This document shows positions 26,462-37,375 of a stretch of DNA of 64,000 nt, piece after piece. The notes beneath the pieces were generated by a model. That model ran no database searches, was not told where the DNA came from, and worked only from the letters and a program-made list of their open reading frames with translations. Every line of letters starts with the position of its first letter. Position 1 is the first letter of the stretch. Where the stretch lies: IMG/VR virus record IMGVR_UViG_3300028534_000015, positions 64,003 through 128,002 of that record; one strand, given 5' to 3'. The DNA is from a virus. The position numbers and the translations under genes were made by a program.

Positions 26462-27214
26462 TCATCTAGGTTTAGCAGTAGCGCCATCTGTTGTATCGTG
26501 GCTATGTCCTGTAAGGTCTCCTCTACTGTCATCAATGTTACCAGTTACATGTAAGTTCTTTGTTACATATGTCTCACCATCAAGAATTATCTTAGGTGAT
26601 TTTAATGTGTTCTGTTTTCTAAAATATGTTTCACCTATTCCTTCTTTTCCATTATGTTTAACATAATTTCCATTTGTATCTTTAAGAAAGTATACACCTT
26701 CTTTAAGATTAAAAACAGCATCGAACCCAACAGGTTCTCCATCGTTATTTGAAAAATGTAGAATAAACTCTTTTGTATCTGGATCATAACTATAATAGTG
26801 CGAGTTCTCTTGATTCAAAGTTACACCATGTTCATCTGTATTACCACTAATAATATGGACAACAGGTTCTTTGCCTCTTAAATCAGGTTGATATTCAAAC
26901 AGAGACCAAAAGAATACATCATCTCCTTTAACTTGCCATAACTCAATAAGTTCTCCTCGCTTAAGTCTAGGTACTGAACCTCTATGAGACCCAGATGGAT
27001 CATAACATCTTGTAGCGTGAACAACCATATCTTTTACGACACTTCCTTGTTTTGGTTTACCGCCACTCATTACTTGTGCATTTGACTCTTCTGAATCTAA
27101 AATAGATCCAGTGTATTCAGACAGTGACTCCAACGGTATTGCATATAAATCTTTTGCACCTTTTAACATATCTTTTTGAACAACACCAAAACCTATTTTT
27201 TCTAAAACTCCCAT
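26462..27214 (-). CDS. Baseplate central spike / cell-puncturing protein (gpV/phiKZ gp164-like)
   Basis: OB-fold-like N-terminus (VPRLKRGELIELW), beta-rich body and C-terminal iron-binding HxH (LTGHSHD). Confidence 0.75.
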   Translation of the reverse strand: MGVLEKIGFGVVQKDMLKGAKDLYAIPLESLSEYTGSILDSEESNAQVMSGGKPKQGSVVKDMVVHATRCYDPSGSHRGSVPRLKRGELIELWQVKGDDVFFWSLFEYQPDLRGKEPVVHIISGNTDEHGVTLNQENSHYYSYDPDTKEFILHFSNNDGEPVGFDAVFNLKEGVYFLKDTNGNYVKHNGKEGIGETYFRKQNTLKSPKIILDGETYVTKNLHVTGNIDDSRGDLTGHSHDTTDGATAKPR

Positions 27215-27215
27215 T

Positions 27216-27536
27216 TTAAACTCCTTTATTCATATGTGTAACTACACTATTTAATAATTCATCAAACGTTGGTGCATTTAACATTTCTCTACAATATCTT
27301 CCACTATTAATAGGTCCGTACATGAGATTTAAATTATTTGCTTTGAAAACAGGTTTAGGTACTCCTTCGACAGAAATTAATTCTTTAGAAGTTGTTGTCT
27401 TTGAAAGATTGGTTGCAACACTATCAGACGGATATCCTGATGTTTGGTCAAAATCATAATCCATATATCTAACATTCACAGGTAATCTACTGGGTTCGGA
27501 AAAATTCTCTTCTATCATAAAACCAAAACTGGTCAT
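27216..27536 (-). CDS. Hypothetical protein
   Basis: 106 aa, coupled to the spike gene. Confidence 0.6.
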   Translation of the reverse strand: MTSFGFMIEENFSEPSRLPVNVRYMDYDFDQTSGYPSDSVATNLSKTTTSKELISVEGVPKPVFKANNLNLMYGPINSGRYCREMLNAPTFDELLNSVVTHMNKGV

Positions 27537-27587
27537 ATCGGATCCCTATTTTTATACTCATAAAAAATATTCAGAATAAAAAAAATA

Positions 27588-27617
27588 TGTTACGGATGCT
27601 TAACTGCATCCGTAACA
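27588..27617 (-). terminator. Terminator of sheath-tube operon
   Basis: TGTTACGGATGC-ttaact-GCATCCGTAACA plus T-run. Confidence 0.85.
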
Positions 27618-27619
27618 AG

Positions 27620-28513
27620 TTAACGTGTAGCTCTTTCAGCAGCGCCATCAAGACCAAATCTTGAATCTTTAATAGCTGCGTCTAGGGCATTTGGATCAAT
27701 AGGACTAATCATGTCTTTAGAGTTGATGTTATATGTTTCAAGTCTATCTAGCATAATTTGTCCAAGTTCTCTAATAGCCGGTCCGTAAACAAGAACACCA
27801 CCTGTATTGATAGTTGCTGTGATTTGTTCACCAACACCTTCAATAGAGAACTTAGGTGCATTTTCAACACTGCCTTCTACCTGCTGACCGATAACAAGAT
27901 ACGCATCTTCACATCTTGTTTGTGAATAATCTGGTAGTACAAAAAGTGTACTCCAACCAGCAAGTTCAAGAGGAGTAGGAATGACACCTGTTCTTGGGAA
28001 TGTATCCAATTTAGTAACCAATGGCGGTTGATCGAATTCACCTCTTCCGAGATACTCTAACATAGTATCGATAAAGTTTGTCACAGGTCTTCCGTGTTTT
28101 TCACGAATGGTATATGCAACATTACATTCAGGTCTACTTACAGATTTATACGCTTTGAGGTTTTGGTTACTTTTACCAACTTTCATACTCTCCATCTCTG
28201 CTGTAAGCGTAGCGTCGATGCCATCGATGCTTTCTGGATGAAGTTCAAACAATGCGATATGTGCTTCTTTCATCTCTTTCGCGTTTGGAAAGTAGTCATA
28301 ACCTCTAGGAAGAGACATAGTAAACGGAATAAGATTCTGTTTAATATACGGTTGACTGTTAAGAAGTTCAATGAAAGCTTTTCCGTTTTCATCTAGACTT
28401 CCGATATTTGGAAGGAGACCAGACTGGCCTCCATATTTGATGTCGAGCATAGCTGCATTTAAGGCTTCGTTATCATACCCGACTGTTTTTAAACCATCTT
28501 GATTTAATGTCAT
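27620..28513 (-). CDS. Tail tube protein (phiKZ gp30-like)
   Basis: 297 aa directly after sheath; YGGQSG, LFELHPESIDGIDATL and EKHGRPV motifs. Confidence 0.8.
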   Translation of the reverse strand: MTLNQDGLKTVGYDNEALNAAMLDIKYGGQSGLLPNIGSLDENGKAFIELLNSQPYIKQNLIPFTMSLPRGYDYFPNAKEMKEAHIALFELHPESIDGIDATLTAEMESMKVGKSNQNLKAYKSVSRPECNVAYTIREKHGRPVTNFIDTMLEYLGRGEFDQPPLVTKLDTFPRTGVIPTPLELAGWSTLFVLPDYSQTRCEDAYLVIGQQVEGSVENAPKFSIEGVGEQITATINTGGVLVYGPAIRELGQIMLDRLETYNINSKDMISPIDPNALDAAIKDSRFGLDGAAERATR

Positions 28514-28527
28514 ATATCACCTCTCTC

Positions 28528-30708
28528 TTAATTTTGTAGATCTTCAAATCTATGCATAGTGATGTGAGAATACTGTGAAGTTTTTCCGACACCACCATAA
28601 AGATGTGTTTCAAGGTTATAGGAATAACCTAGCTGTGCATCGTAGTCGGTAATAGTACATTCGACTTTAGTTTTAAATACACCGTCAAAGATACCGTTAA
28701 TCTCTGCTTCAGTTTGTTTTGTGACGTCTTGCACAAACTGTGCGTCTGTTTTATCGACTGTACCGGAATTTCTTACCCAGATATCTTGATGGACTTTTTC
28801 AATCTTAGAAATCGCAAAACCAGATGCTGGATTTTTCAATACGCTAGTATGATCTGGATAAATTGTCTGAACAGCTACCCATCTATCAATCTTAAAGTTT
28901 TCTGGATATGTATATGAACCGCCTGCGTTCCATAGTACATCACAGATACCTTGTGTAGGTTCGTTTTCTTGTCCAAGTCTACAGTCTTTGACATATTTTA
29001 CTTTATTTCTGTCATTATCACCAACAAACAATTTTTCAGACTTCCAGATACCATTTCCGGTTCCCATCATTTCAGCAAACTTAATTGTCAGATCGTATAG
29101 TTTAGAAACTCTCCATCTCCAGTTAACACCAACAGCAAGAGCTGTACCTGTAATAACAAGAGTTTTGCTATGTTTAGTTCCATAGTATTCTGATTCAGGG
29201 AATAGTGAGAATCTACTTGTGATCATATTCACAATCGCGATTTCCTCATCTGGCTCTAGAACGACATTATCTTTGTTAAATGTATGAGTACAAATAACAG
29301 GAACAATATCTCTTCTTGCTGTTAATGCGTTTGATATAGCAAGTTTTGTGTCTAGTTCAAATTCGCAGTCAATAATACAGTTTTCAGTATTAAGCGCTAC
29401 GATGTTTACAGCGTTGTTAGGATCTTTGTACTCGTCTAGTTTTGCTCTTACAAGTTCGTTATAAGTAGCGTCATCATAGATTTCTCCATCACTTCCACCT
29501 GATAGATATAGAACAACACTGTCAGACACTGTAATGTCATCTGTCTCTTCAGAAACAACTGCATCACTTCTCACAAATGTAAAGTAATGTTTTTCCTTTA
29601 CACCTAATCCTGTAAGAATATTGAAAAGAAGATCTTGTCCGGCGTATGCTCTTGTGTCATCACATTCGAATTCAGTAAACCATTCAGATGTCGCAGCATC
29701 TAGTCCGTCATCCCATGTTTTAACTTCTGTTGTAATGTAGTCCGCTTCTTTTTCAAAAAGAATATTTGAAACAGTTGCTACATTTTCGTAATATACAATA
29801 GGTTCGTCAAAATCACTATACATCATAGGCGCAACTTCGGACTTAAGATCCTCTTCATTGTTATCCCAGTAGTTTGGAAGATAATACTCCAATTGTAAAG
29901 GAATATCTGTAAGCGGATCTTTTTCTTGTTCTTTAAATACAAAGTTAACAGAGTTGCTTCCATAGAAATGTTCTACAGGTTTCTTTTCTCCACTAGCTTT
30001 TGAGTAGCGTTTAAAGATATATCCAAGAAGTCTGTTTTTATCAATCAAGTCTTGATTTGTTTTATCACCGATAAGTGGTTCAATTGTGAATCCTTCAAGA
30101 TCAAGAATTTCACCTAGAGAAGATGCAATAAATGTAACAAGTGGATACATTGTAGAATCTTCACCATTTTTATCAGTCATGAAGCCTGTTTGAACAGATT
30201 CTTTATAAATGTCTCTTCCTGATTTTGTGTTATCGTATGTATCGTCATCGATATGTGAAAGATAAATTTTATACTTATACCCTTCAATAGTATCGCCTGT
30301 TGTTTCAGGTTCACCATCTGAGCCAATAATATAGTTACCAAGATGGTCTCTTTTATATTCTGGTAGATCGTCAAGAGCGATATCAATCCACAAGGTTGCG
30401 TTTGATTTAACAACTAGGTTAGGATCTACAACACGCTGAATTTCTGCGATACCTGTAGCACTGAAAACACCTTCCATATAAAGTGTTGATGTATTGTAGA
30501 ACTTTTTGTTTTTATCGAATGTATCCTGACCAAGGATATAATTCGCTTTGGCGAAGTTTGAGGTAAACTTCTTAGTTCTACCTTTCGCTGATCTAATAAA
30601 GAACAGCGGTCTAAACTGCGCTTTTGATTCCGGCATTGGTGGTTCAGCTCTCCAGGATTGGTCATCTGTCCCAAAAGAGTTGTTCCACGGTAAGCTTGTT
30701 TTTACCAT
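28528..30708 (-). CDS. Tail sheath protein (phiKZ gp29-like)
   Basis: 726 aa; GTDDQS, LYLSGGSDG, FPESEYYGT and QTIYPDHTSVL motifs. Confidence 0.88.
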   Translation of the reverse strand: MVKTSLPWNNSFGTDDQSWRAEPPMPESKAQFRPLFFIRSAKGRTKKFTSNFAKANYILGQDTFDKNKKFYNTSTLYMEGVFSATGIAEIQRVVDPNLVVKSNATLWIDIALDDLPEYKRDHLGNYIIGSDGEPETTGDTIEGYKYKIYLSHIDDDTYDNTKSGRDIYKESVQTGFMTDKNGEDSTMYPLVTFIASSLGEILDLEGFTIEPLIGDKTNQDLIDKNRLLGYIFKRYSKASGEKKPVEHFYGSNSVNFVFKEQEKDPLTDIPLQLEYYLPNYWDNNEEDLKSEVAPMMYSDFDEPIVYYENVATVSNILFEKEADYITTEVKTWDDGLDAATSEWFTEFECDDTRAYAGQDLLFNILTGLGVKEKHYFTFVRSDAVVSEETDDITVSDSVVLYLSGGSDGEIYDDATYNELVRAKLDEYKDPNNAVNIVALNTENCIIDCEFELDTKLAISNALTARRDIVPVICTHTFNKDNVVLEPDEEIAIVNMITSRFSLFPESEYYGTKHSKTLVITGTALAVGVNWRWRVSKLYDLTIKFAEMMGTGNGIWKSEKLFVGDNDRNKVKYVKDCRLGQENEPTQGICDVLWNAGGSYTYPENFKIDRWVAVQTIYPDHTSVLKNPASGFAISKIEKVHQDIWVRNSGTVDKTDAQFVQDVTKQTEAEINGIFDGVFKTKVECTITDYDAQLGYSYNLETHLYGGVGKTSQYSHITMHRFEDLQN

Positions 30709-30779
30709 GTTTTTTCCTTAATTTTTAATATATTAAAAATGAATTCGATAAATTCAATTAAAAGCGGTCAAAAAAATAT

Positions 30780-30804
30780 TACATTAGGGATAAACCCTAA
30801 TGTA
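30780..30804 (-). terminator. Intrinsic terminator
   Basis: TACATTAGGG-ataaa-CCCTAATGTA plus T-run. Confidence 0.8.
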
Positions 30805-30811
30805 TAAATTG

Positions 30812-32611
30812 TTATCCAAATCTATTTGTTTCGGTATTAGAACCATCTTTTAATATATAAATCTCATCATTATTTGTTAAAACTATTCTGTTGCCGAATT
30901 TATAATCGTCATCTTTTGTTTTTATCTCATATGCATTCGTAGTTAAATTAACTATGAGATAGTCTTCATTTGTACCTAATGTATCTAAGCATAAGATAGA
31001 GTTATTTGGCAACGTAATAAGAACAAGATCGGCGTCTTTAAACTCTTCAGGATATGTATCTATGGAAACAAATGTATCTCTAGATAGACTGTAAAGATAC
31101 ATTCCGTTGTATTCATCATTATCATCTGTTCCTGATGCCGTGATAAACAATGTATCATAATCGACAAATGTAATAACGTAATTTTTATAACCTTGTTTTT
31201 CAACATCGGTTACTTTCTCTATATAACCATTATCATTATAGTAGATGCCTACGATATCGTCTTCAACACCTATAAAATAAATTTTATCATCAAATGGATT
31301 ATATGTAATAGAACTGAAACCAATAAGTTCATTATTAAAATCAATATTTGATAATTCACCTTGCTCTAAAATAGACAATGAGAAGTGTGAAACATTATAT
31401 CTTAAAGTATACCAATAAGGCGTCCCGTCATCTTTTTTAGTCCCGGTAATAAATACTCTGTCATCTCTCATATGGATAACATGAAAAATTTCATCAGATA
31501 ACGATTCAGGTAGTTCTAAATGTGTATCTACAGACGAGACATTATTGAGAAGAAACTTACCAAACACTAATTTATTCTCTTCAGATGTGTAAAAAAGATT
31601 TGTGTTAAAAGACAGCGGTTCTAAATAATATTTTGTTACATCAGTGTCAAAAGCAACATCAGCGTTTGTGTGTTGTAAAGTGAATGTATCTGAATACCCT
31701 AATTTAAATTTTGACATAGAACGTGTTGTGAGTGTATTTTGATAACACACAACATTTTCACCATCATCATTTTGTATCGTAATTGTTAAATCGTATGACT
31801 TATCTGGATCGAGAGTAAATGCTGGAATAAAAACAAAATCACTATTGTCATTTATTTTAAATAACTCCACACCTGTTTCATCTATTATCTTAAATTCAAA
31901 ATCGATACCGTCTGGATTAGATAGTGTAATAGTATTATTAATTTCAGCAATAATGTTATCCAAACTCACTGTGGGTTCTACACCACTATCTTCTGCATTT
32001 ACATAAACAACTAACGGTTGTGATACCACTCTATTTTTATTTCTAAAAATAACAATTAGAACATAATCCTCATATTTAGATGTCTTTTCTGGATCAAGTT
32101 CAATCGTACAAGAAGTTAGATTTGTTTGATTATTCAAATCCATATATACTATTTCATTATTCAAACGTTTTACTATGTATGTAGTATCTTCATGCGGAAC
32201 AATATCAGGTTTCATTTCAGAAAGTTCCACATTTATTTTATAGTCGTTTATTGTTAAAGAAGTAGCTCCTACTAAGGCGGGCGCTTCAACATAACTTTCA
32301 ACGGATAGATATGCACCTTGAAGTTTTTGTGGAACAATTTCAATTTTACCCCACTCATCATCTTCAGAGTCTTTAATACCGTCATCGTTATTATCGTATC
32401 CTCTTTTATAGAATACAAAAAACAAATGTTCAGAAACAGGTGACGGAACATACCAGACATTTAACATTGTTAGTGAATCTATCAACTCTACCGGATTTCC
32501 GTCGTCATCGAGAACAGGATCCTCCATATTCTCATCTTTATAATATTTCCATGTAGTTGTTACATGGGTATTAATATCGCTTTCATACTTAGATATTACA
32601 ACTTGTCTCAT
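30812..32611 (-). CDS. Virion structural protein (Ig-like repeats plus beta-propeller-like C-terminus)
   Basis: 599 aa, acidic, beta-rich; HVTTTW and HEDTTY motifs; between terminase and sheath. Confidence 0.6.
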   Translation of the reverse strand: MRQVVISKYESDINTHVTTTWKYYKDENMEDPVLDDDGNPVELIDSLTMLNVWYVPSPVSEHLFFVFYKRGYDNNDDGIKDSEDDEWGKIEIVPQKLQGAYLSVESYVEAPALVGATSLTINDYKINVELSEMKPDIVPHEDTTYIVKRLNNEIVYMDLNNQTNLTSCTIELDPEKTSKYEDYVLIVIFRNKNRVVSQPLVVYVNAEDSGVEPTVSLDNIIAEINNTITLSNPDGIDFEFKIIDETGVELFKINDNSDFVFIPAFTLDPDKSYDLTITIQNDDGENVVCYQNTLTTRSMSKFKLGYSDTFTLQHTNADVAFDTDVTKYYLEPLSFNTNLFYTSEENKLVFGKFLLNNVSSVDTHLELPESLSDEIFHVIHMRDDRVFITGTKKDDGTPYWYTLRYNVSHFSLSILEQGELSNIDFNNELIGFSSITYNPFDDKIYFIGVEDDIVGIYYNDNGYIEKVTDVEKQGYKNYVITFVDYDTLFITASGTDDNDEYNGMYLYSLSRDTFVSIDTYPEEFKDADLVLITLPNNSILCLDTLGTNEDYLIVNLTTNAYEIKTKDDDYKFGNRIVLTNNDEIYILKDGSNTETNRFG

Positions 32612-32634
32612 ATTTAATCCCTTCCATTCTTATT

Positions 32635-34452
32635 TTACTGTAACTCATAAAGTTTATGTCCGCCGTTTGTAACAACCTCTGCTATATTAAATTTATTATC
32701 TAATGTAGTAAATATGTTACAGTAATTGAAATTCAAATCTGTATTGATAGAACGTAGTAAAATATCATTCTCTGCATCAAACTCTAAGATATTGAAACGA
32801 TGATTTAATGTGTCTCCATACGTGATAAGAACAATATTGTCATTGTCTGTTCTAAAGAGTTTTACTTTTTCGTGATCTACATCATCTAATGCTATTTTTC
32901 TTACTTCATCCGTTTCTCTATCAATAATAGTTATTAAACCATTAGCATAACAAATTAGAGTATTCGTGTCTCTTTGTCTTATCCCTGTTATGAGAATATA
33001 ATCATCAACATCTATTCTATCTCTGTATTCGTCTAAGTCAGTTATAAAATCACTCTCTTCTGTTATATCAGAAGAGTCGGTAGTAAGACTACATCGTTTA
33101 AAACTTTCTCCTGGTTTAGCATAGATAAACTCTAATGTTGTTTTATACAGATTTAATCCGCTGTTAATATAGTTGTCGCCATAAGGAACAACTGTATCAT
33201 CTAAAGACTTTGTATAATTTCCAGTACTGTCAAAGTCTATTTTAATAACTCTTAAATCCTTCTCGCCTTCATCATTATTGGTTACGATATGAATAATAAA
33301 AGATCCATCAAGTATTTCAACATTAGATTCTATAATGTCATAAAAACCACCAAGATTGTACTTAAATACTTCATTCATGATATTATCATTTAAATCGTAG
33401 AATAAAACATCTGTCGGAACCACAATAGGAACTAGACCAGTTGTATGTTCTTTTGTAAATGTGTTATATCTTGGTAGATCGTATCCGGAGTATTTGATGA
33501 TGTTTAACATAAATTTAGTATAATAAACATCAAATAACTCATAAAAGTCTTCTTTATCTTCACCTTTAAACATGAATGTATTCGTGACAGTTTTACCTGT
33601 AATTAATGTAGAAGTCACTCCCATTTCGTATAACTCACTAGGTTCTATAATACCTGAATGAACAATAATCTCAAATTGATCGAACATATATTCAATACTT
33701 TCACCTGTGTAGTTAAAAATCAAATCTCCATTTTTATGATTTCTAACATTAACCACAACCAACCCTGTAGTGAGCGTGTTTGTTCTGAATGATACTAAGT
33801 TATCAACATGTCTTTTAAGAATAGGTTCACTTACAAGAGATATGAAACGTTCTTCTGTTTCTCTCACAAAGACTTTTCTGCCTGAAAAACTGTTGGTTGT
33901 TTCTGAATTAATAACTGCTTCAAAAACAACAATATTCTGATTTTTGATAACGTTGTTAGGAAGTACAATTGTATTTAAATTCTGTGTATCGTTAGCTCTG
34001 TCTAAGATAGTATTTCCAAAAATATCTCTTACTTTCCAAGATACAGATTTAATTTCAACACTATCGTCAAATGTTTTGAAATCATCTAGGTTAACTGTAA
34101 TTTGTTCACCACCAAGAAAAGTATCTCTTAAGATTTCTAATCTAGGTGTCTTAATTACAGATCTATTACTCACAACCTGACCAAAAACACTGTGGTTTGT
34201 AATTCCGCTTGTGATGTCATAAACGTTACCGTCACTGTCTTCAACACGCACAATAATCATATAGTATAACGTATCTCTTCTACTTATGATAACATCTTTA
34301 AACGTATACTCATATTTTTCAGCATCTGTTTTTGACGTATGTCTGTCAATCTCATTAGAGAGCGATGGATCTGATCCTAGTATGTACTCTGTTTCTTTAT
34401 GTGTAAAAGCATCGTCTACATATAAACCGTCTATTTTTAATGTTACTGACAT
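32635..34452 (-). CDS. Virion structural protein, probable paralogue of the adjacent gene
   Basis: 605 aa; HKETEY and IKSVSW motifs; same layout as 30812..32611. Confidence 0.6.
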   Translation of the reverse strand: MSVTLKIDGLYVDDAFTHKETEYILGSDPSLSNEIDRHTSKTDAEKYEYTFKDVIISRRDTLYYMIIVRVEDSDGNVYDITSGITNHSVFGQVVSNRSVIKTPRLEILRDTFLGGEQITVNLDDFKTFDDSVEIKSVSWKVRDIFGNTILDRANDTQNLNTIVLPNNVIKNQNIVVFEAVINSETTNSFSGRKVFVRETEERFISLVSEPILKRHVDNLVSFRTNTLTTGLVVVNVRNHKNGDLIFNYTGESIEYMFDQFEIIVHSGIIEPSELYEMGVTSTLITGKTVTNTFMFKGEDKEDFYELFDVYYTKFMLNIIKYSGYDLPRYNTFTKEHTTGLVPIVVPTDVLFYDLNDNIMNEVFKYNLGGFYDIIESNVEILDGSFIIHIVTNNDEGEKDLRVIKIDFDSTGNYTKSLDDTVVPYGDNYINSGLNLYKTTLEFIYAKPGESFKRCSLTTDSSDITEESDFITDLDEYRDRIDVDDYILITGIRQRDTNTLICYANGLITIIDRETDEVRKIALDDVDHEKVKLFRTDNDNIVLITYGDTLNHRFNILEFDAENDILLRSINTDLNFNYCNIFTTLDNKFNIAEVVTNGGHKLYELQ

Positions 34453-34467
34453 ATATTTTTCCTTAGA

Positions 34468-34809
34468 TTAAATAATTTTTATTTCTAAAAGTCTTTTTCT
34501 TAATGCTTCTTTATTTTCGTCAGAAAGCGCATTAATTTCGCCATTGGTTGTTGGTGATACTTCAAACCATCCGATATAATCATCACCTAACTTAATGTTA
34601 AACCTCGTATAGATAGGGTCATTACCAAAATAAATTTCGCCATTTTCATCTGTGACTGTGAAATAAGAGTTAAACATATCAAGCGCATCTTTTTCCTCTT
34701 CATGAAATGGATTAGAATAATCTTCATTAAACGATGCTTCGTATTTAACAGATGTAATTTCATCAACCAACCCAAGTATGAAGATCTCATCAATATGGAT
34801 AGTTGCCAT
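34468..34809 (-). CDS. Small structural protein (single Ig-like domain)
   Basis: 113 aa; ITSVKYEASFNEDYSN resembles the first domain of its two neighbours. Confidence 0.5.
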   Translation of the reverse strand: MATIHIDEIFILGLVDEITSVKYEASFNEDYSNPFHEEEKDALDMFNSYFTVTDENGEIYFGNDPIYTRFNIKLGDDYIGWFEVSPTTNGEINALSDENKEALRKRLLEIKII

Positions 34810-34859
34810 AGACTGTCCTTAAGTTATAATTCAATTAATTGTCAGAGAATAAAAAACTT

Positions 34860-34883
34860 CTAAGGAGACTCATGTCTCCTTAG
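34860..34883 (-). terminator. Terminator after terminase
   Basis: CTAAGGAGAC-tcat-GTCTCCTTAG plus T-run. Confidence 0.8.
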
Positions 34884-34887
34884 GTTG

Positions 34888-36996
34888 TTATACTGCTTCT
34901 TTTAGTTTATTGTTTAGAACTTCCCGTATCATTGCTTCAGAGTTCATTGATGTTCTCATGTCATCTCCGATACGTTTAGACAACGCTCTAATCTTATTGA
35001 CAATATAAACGGTTTTGATTTCGTCTCTAGTAGCTTCAAGTTCTTCAAACAATTCAGAAATTTTATTTCTAATTCCTCGCATTTCTATCTCTTTAGAATC
35101 CTCTTTAAGTGTTTTTTCAATATTCGGGTCATTCTCTGTTACTCTAGATAAAATAGAGTTTGGACTAATACCATAGTATTCAGAATTCTTAACATTTGTA
35201 AGGAACCAATATCCTAACAACCAAGCAATAGCGACATCATCGTGTTTATTATTGTCGTGATCAAGTCTTCCATTTTTAATTTTAAGATCACTAATTTGCC
35301 TAATGATTGCCTTATCTCTTGCTACGGATCCTGTGAATTTAAGTGAAGCAATTACATTTTCACCATAAATCTTTTCCCTTGTTGCTTTTCCAGAACCGGC
35401 AGTAGCGTAACCAAAATGTTTTCTAAATCTATTATAGAGTCCTTGTTTTTGTTTAGCGAATGCGACTTCCTCATATCTACTAATGTTAATATCATATTCT
35501 TGAACTACCCAGTTAAAGAAACGTTTAAATGGATCTTCTCCTATATTCTCTAACATCACAGACACATTATCCATTAATGACGAACCAGTTGATTTACGTT
35601 CTACAATCATCACTGCTTTTTTGAATTTTGTAAGGAAATCAAAAATGAATATAGAGAATTCATTAATATTAAAATTATTGTATGCTCCAGCCCCAAGAAC
35701 TTCTCCTGTTCGTATATCTCTAATGACAAGCCCCATCTCATCTTTACCAAATCCTTCTGACGGATCTAGTCCGACAATCATGGCTTGATTTCGTAAAACT
35801 TCATTAACGTATTTCTCTTCTTTATACCAGTTAATAACAAACCCTTTACTAAGTACATCTGTAAATAAAGGATCCATTGCAGAGCTATTAAGTTTCTTAA
35901 TAAGTTTCTTATCGATAGGCGTAGCACCAGATCCTAAAGGCCAGATTAGAAGATAATCCGCTTCAGCATCTTCTCCTTCTGATTGCGCATCTTTTATTTT
36001 ACGACGTAACCAATCATCTGTCTTACCAAGTTGTCTGTGATTAAACTCAAGAACCATTATACCTGATCTAGAATTCTTATCAAGTACCTCTTCTAATTCT
36101 TTTCTATCTTTAAGGTCATAGAATTCTTCAGACCACTTAAGTCCTTCTGAATATTTATTATATGCAAACTCGCCTTCTTTACTATTTCGATAAGCTGGTG
36201 TTGTTGTTAAAATAGTACCATATGGGTTTCCTGATTCTTCTGCTTCATCATTAGCAGCAGAACCAGCAGCCAAGTATGGAGAAAGTGTAATATGAATATT
36301 TCTGACGTATCCAAACTCATCAACATGTCTTGTCGGTGTTGTAAGACCCCTCAAAACGTTATAAGCTGCTTTTTCAGAACTCTGACCTACAGCCGTTACA
36401 AGTTTATTATTTCTTAATCCTATTTCGATACTGAATGAGTTGTTACTGTCTCTTTTGGTTCTAAGTCTAAGATAGTTAGGTAAGGCAGCCATACAGTCTT
36501 TTATTTGTTCGATAGAAGATGTACGTAGTGTATCGTCTTTTGTTAAAAGTGTAATAGTGCTATTTTTTGACCAGAATGATAATAGACCTGTATGTAATAG
36601 ATAAGAAGTAAGAGACTTACCTGTTTGTCTTGGTTGAATAAGCAGAGTTGTAATATGGTTGAAGTAATTCCATATTAAAGCTATGTTTCCTCTATTGGCT
36701 TCAAAATATCTAGGATTACTACTTGCTTTGGCAGGAACCCTAGCAACTTCTCTAAAAAAGTACCAAGGGTTTATTTTAACCTCTTCAAGTATCATAGCCT
36801 TTGTTTCTCTACTAAGATTTTCATCATGCGGATCAACATCTATTAACAAAGGATTAATTAGAGCAAGAGGGAACAAATAGTTTTTTCTTCCCATTAATTT
36901 TAACTTTTTAGCGAATTCTAAGAAACTCGTGTTTTTTGTTCTAATATGAACAGTTGCAGTTGGATATTTGTCCCAATCTTTCTTAAATAAAATCAT
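34888..36996 (-). CDS. terL: Terminase large subunit (phiKZ gp25-like)
   Basis: NPWYFFREVARVP, Walker A QPRQTGKS, Walker B HVDEF, nuclease GLDPSEG and HDDVAIAW. Confidence 0.93.
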   Translation of the reverse strand: MILFKKDWDKYPTATVHIRTKNTSFLEFAKKLKLMGRKNYLFPLALINPLLIDVDPHDENLSRETKAMILEEVKINPWYFFREVARVPAKASSNPRYFEANRGNIALIWNYFNHITTLLIQPRQTGKSLTSYLLHTGLLSFWSKNSTITLLTKDDTLRTSSIEQIKDCMAALPNYLRLRTKRDSNNSFSIEIGLRNNKLVTAVGQSSEKAAYNVLRGLTTPTRHVDEFGYVRNIHITLSPYLAAGSAANDEAEESGNPYGTILTTTPAYRNSKEGEFAYNKYSEGLKWSEEFYDLKDRKELEEVLDKNSRSGIMVLEFNHRQLGKTDDWLRRKIKDAQSEGEDAEADYLLIWPLGSGATPIDKKLIKKLNSSAMDPLFTDVLSKGFVINWYKEEKYVNEVLRNQAMIVGLDPSEGFGKDEMGLVIRDIRTGEVLGAGAYNNFNINEFSIFIFDFLTKFKKAVMIVERKSTGSSLMDNVSVMLENIGEDPFKRFFNWVVQEYDINISRYEEVAFAKQKQGLYNRFRKHFGYATAGSGKATREKIYGENVIASLKFTGSVARDKAIIRQISDLKIKNGRLDHDNNKHDDVAIAWLLGYWFLTNVKNSEYYGISPNSILSRVTENDPNIEKTLKEDSKEIEMRGIRNKISELFEELEATRDEIKTVYIVNKIRALSKRIGDDMRTSMNSEAMIREVLNNKLKEAV

Positions 36997-37066
36997 TCTA
37001 TACCTTTTAGGACATCAATAATCAAATTAAATTGATTTAATGTTTGTAATTGTAAAAGGATATTTT

Positions 37067-37375
37067 TTGGCAAAAAATGTAAGAGAAAGTAAAGAATATA
37101 GGATAGCGAAAATAAAGCACCTAAGAAATAACCCTAGATGTGTAATTTGTAACGCTATAAAAGGAAGGGTAGTACATCACCTAAACTCTGTGAGATATTT
37201 TCCAGATGAAGCGTGTGATCCTAATAACCTTATTACGTTATGTGATTATAGAAAAAATGATTGCCACGGATTATTTCATAATGTTTTTAAAGGAGGAACA
37301 CGAAAGAAAACCACAAAAGAAGATTTTGAAAGATTTTTAGAAGTTGTAAACCACAAAGAGAAGTTGAGATCCTAG
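37067..37375 (+). CDS. Small HNH endonuclease
   Basis: CVICN, VHHL, NLITLC...CHGLFH; likely TTG start after AAAGGA (ORF track starts 37040). Confidence 0.85.
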   Translation: MAKNVRESKEYRIAKIKHLRNNPRCVICNAIKGRVVHHLNSVRYFPDEACDPNNLITLCDYRKNDCHGLFHNVFKGGTRKKTTKEDFERFLEVVNHKEKLRS

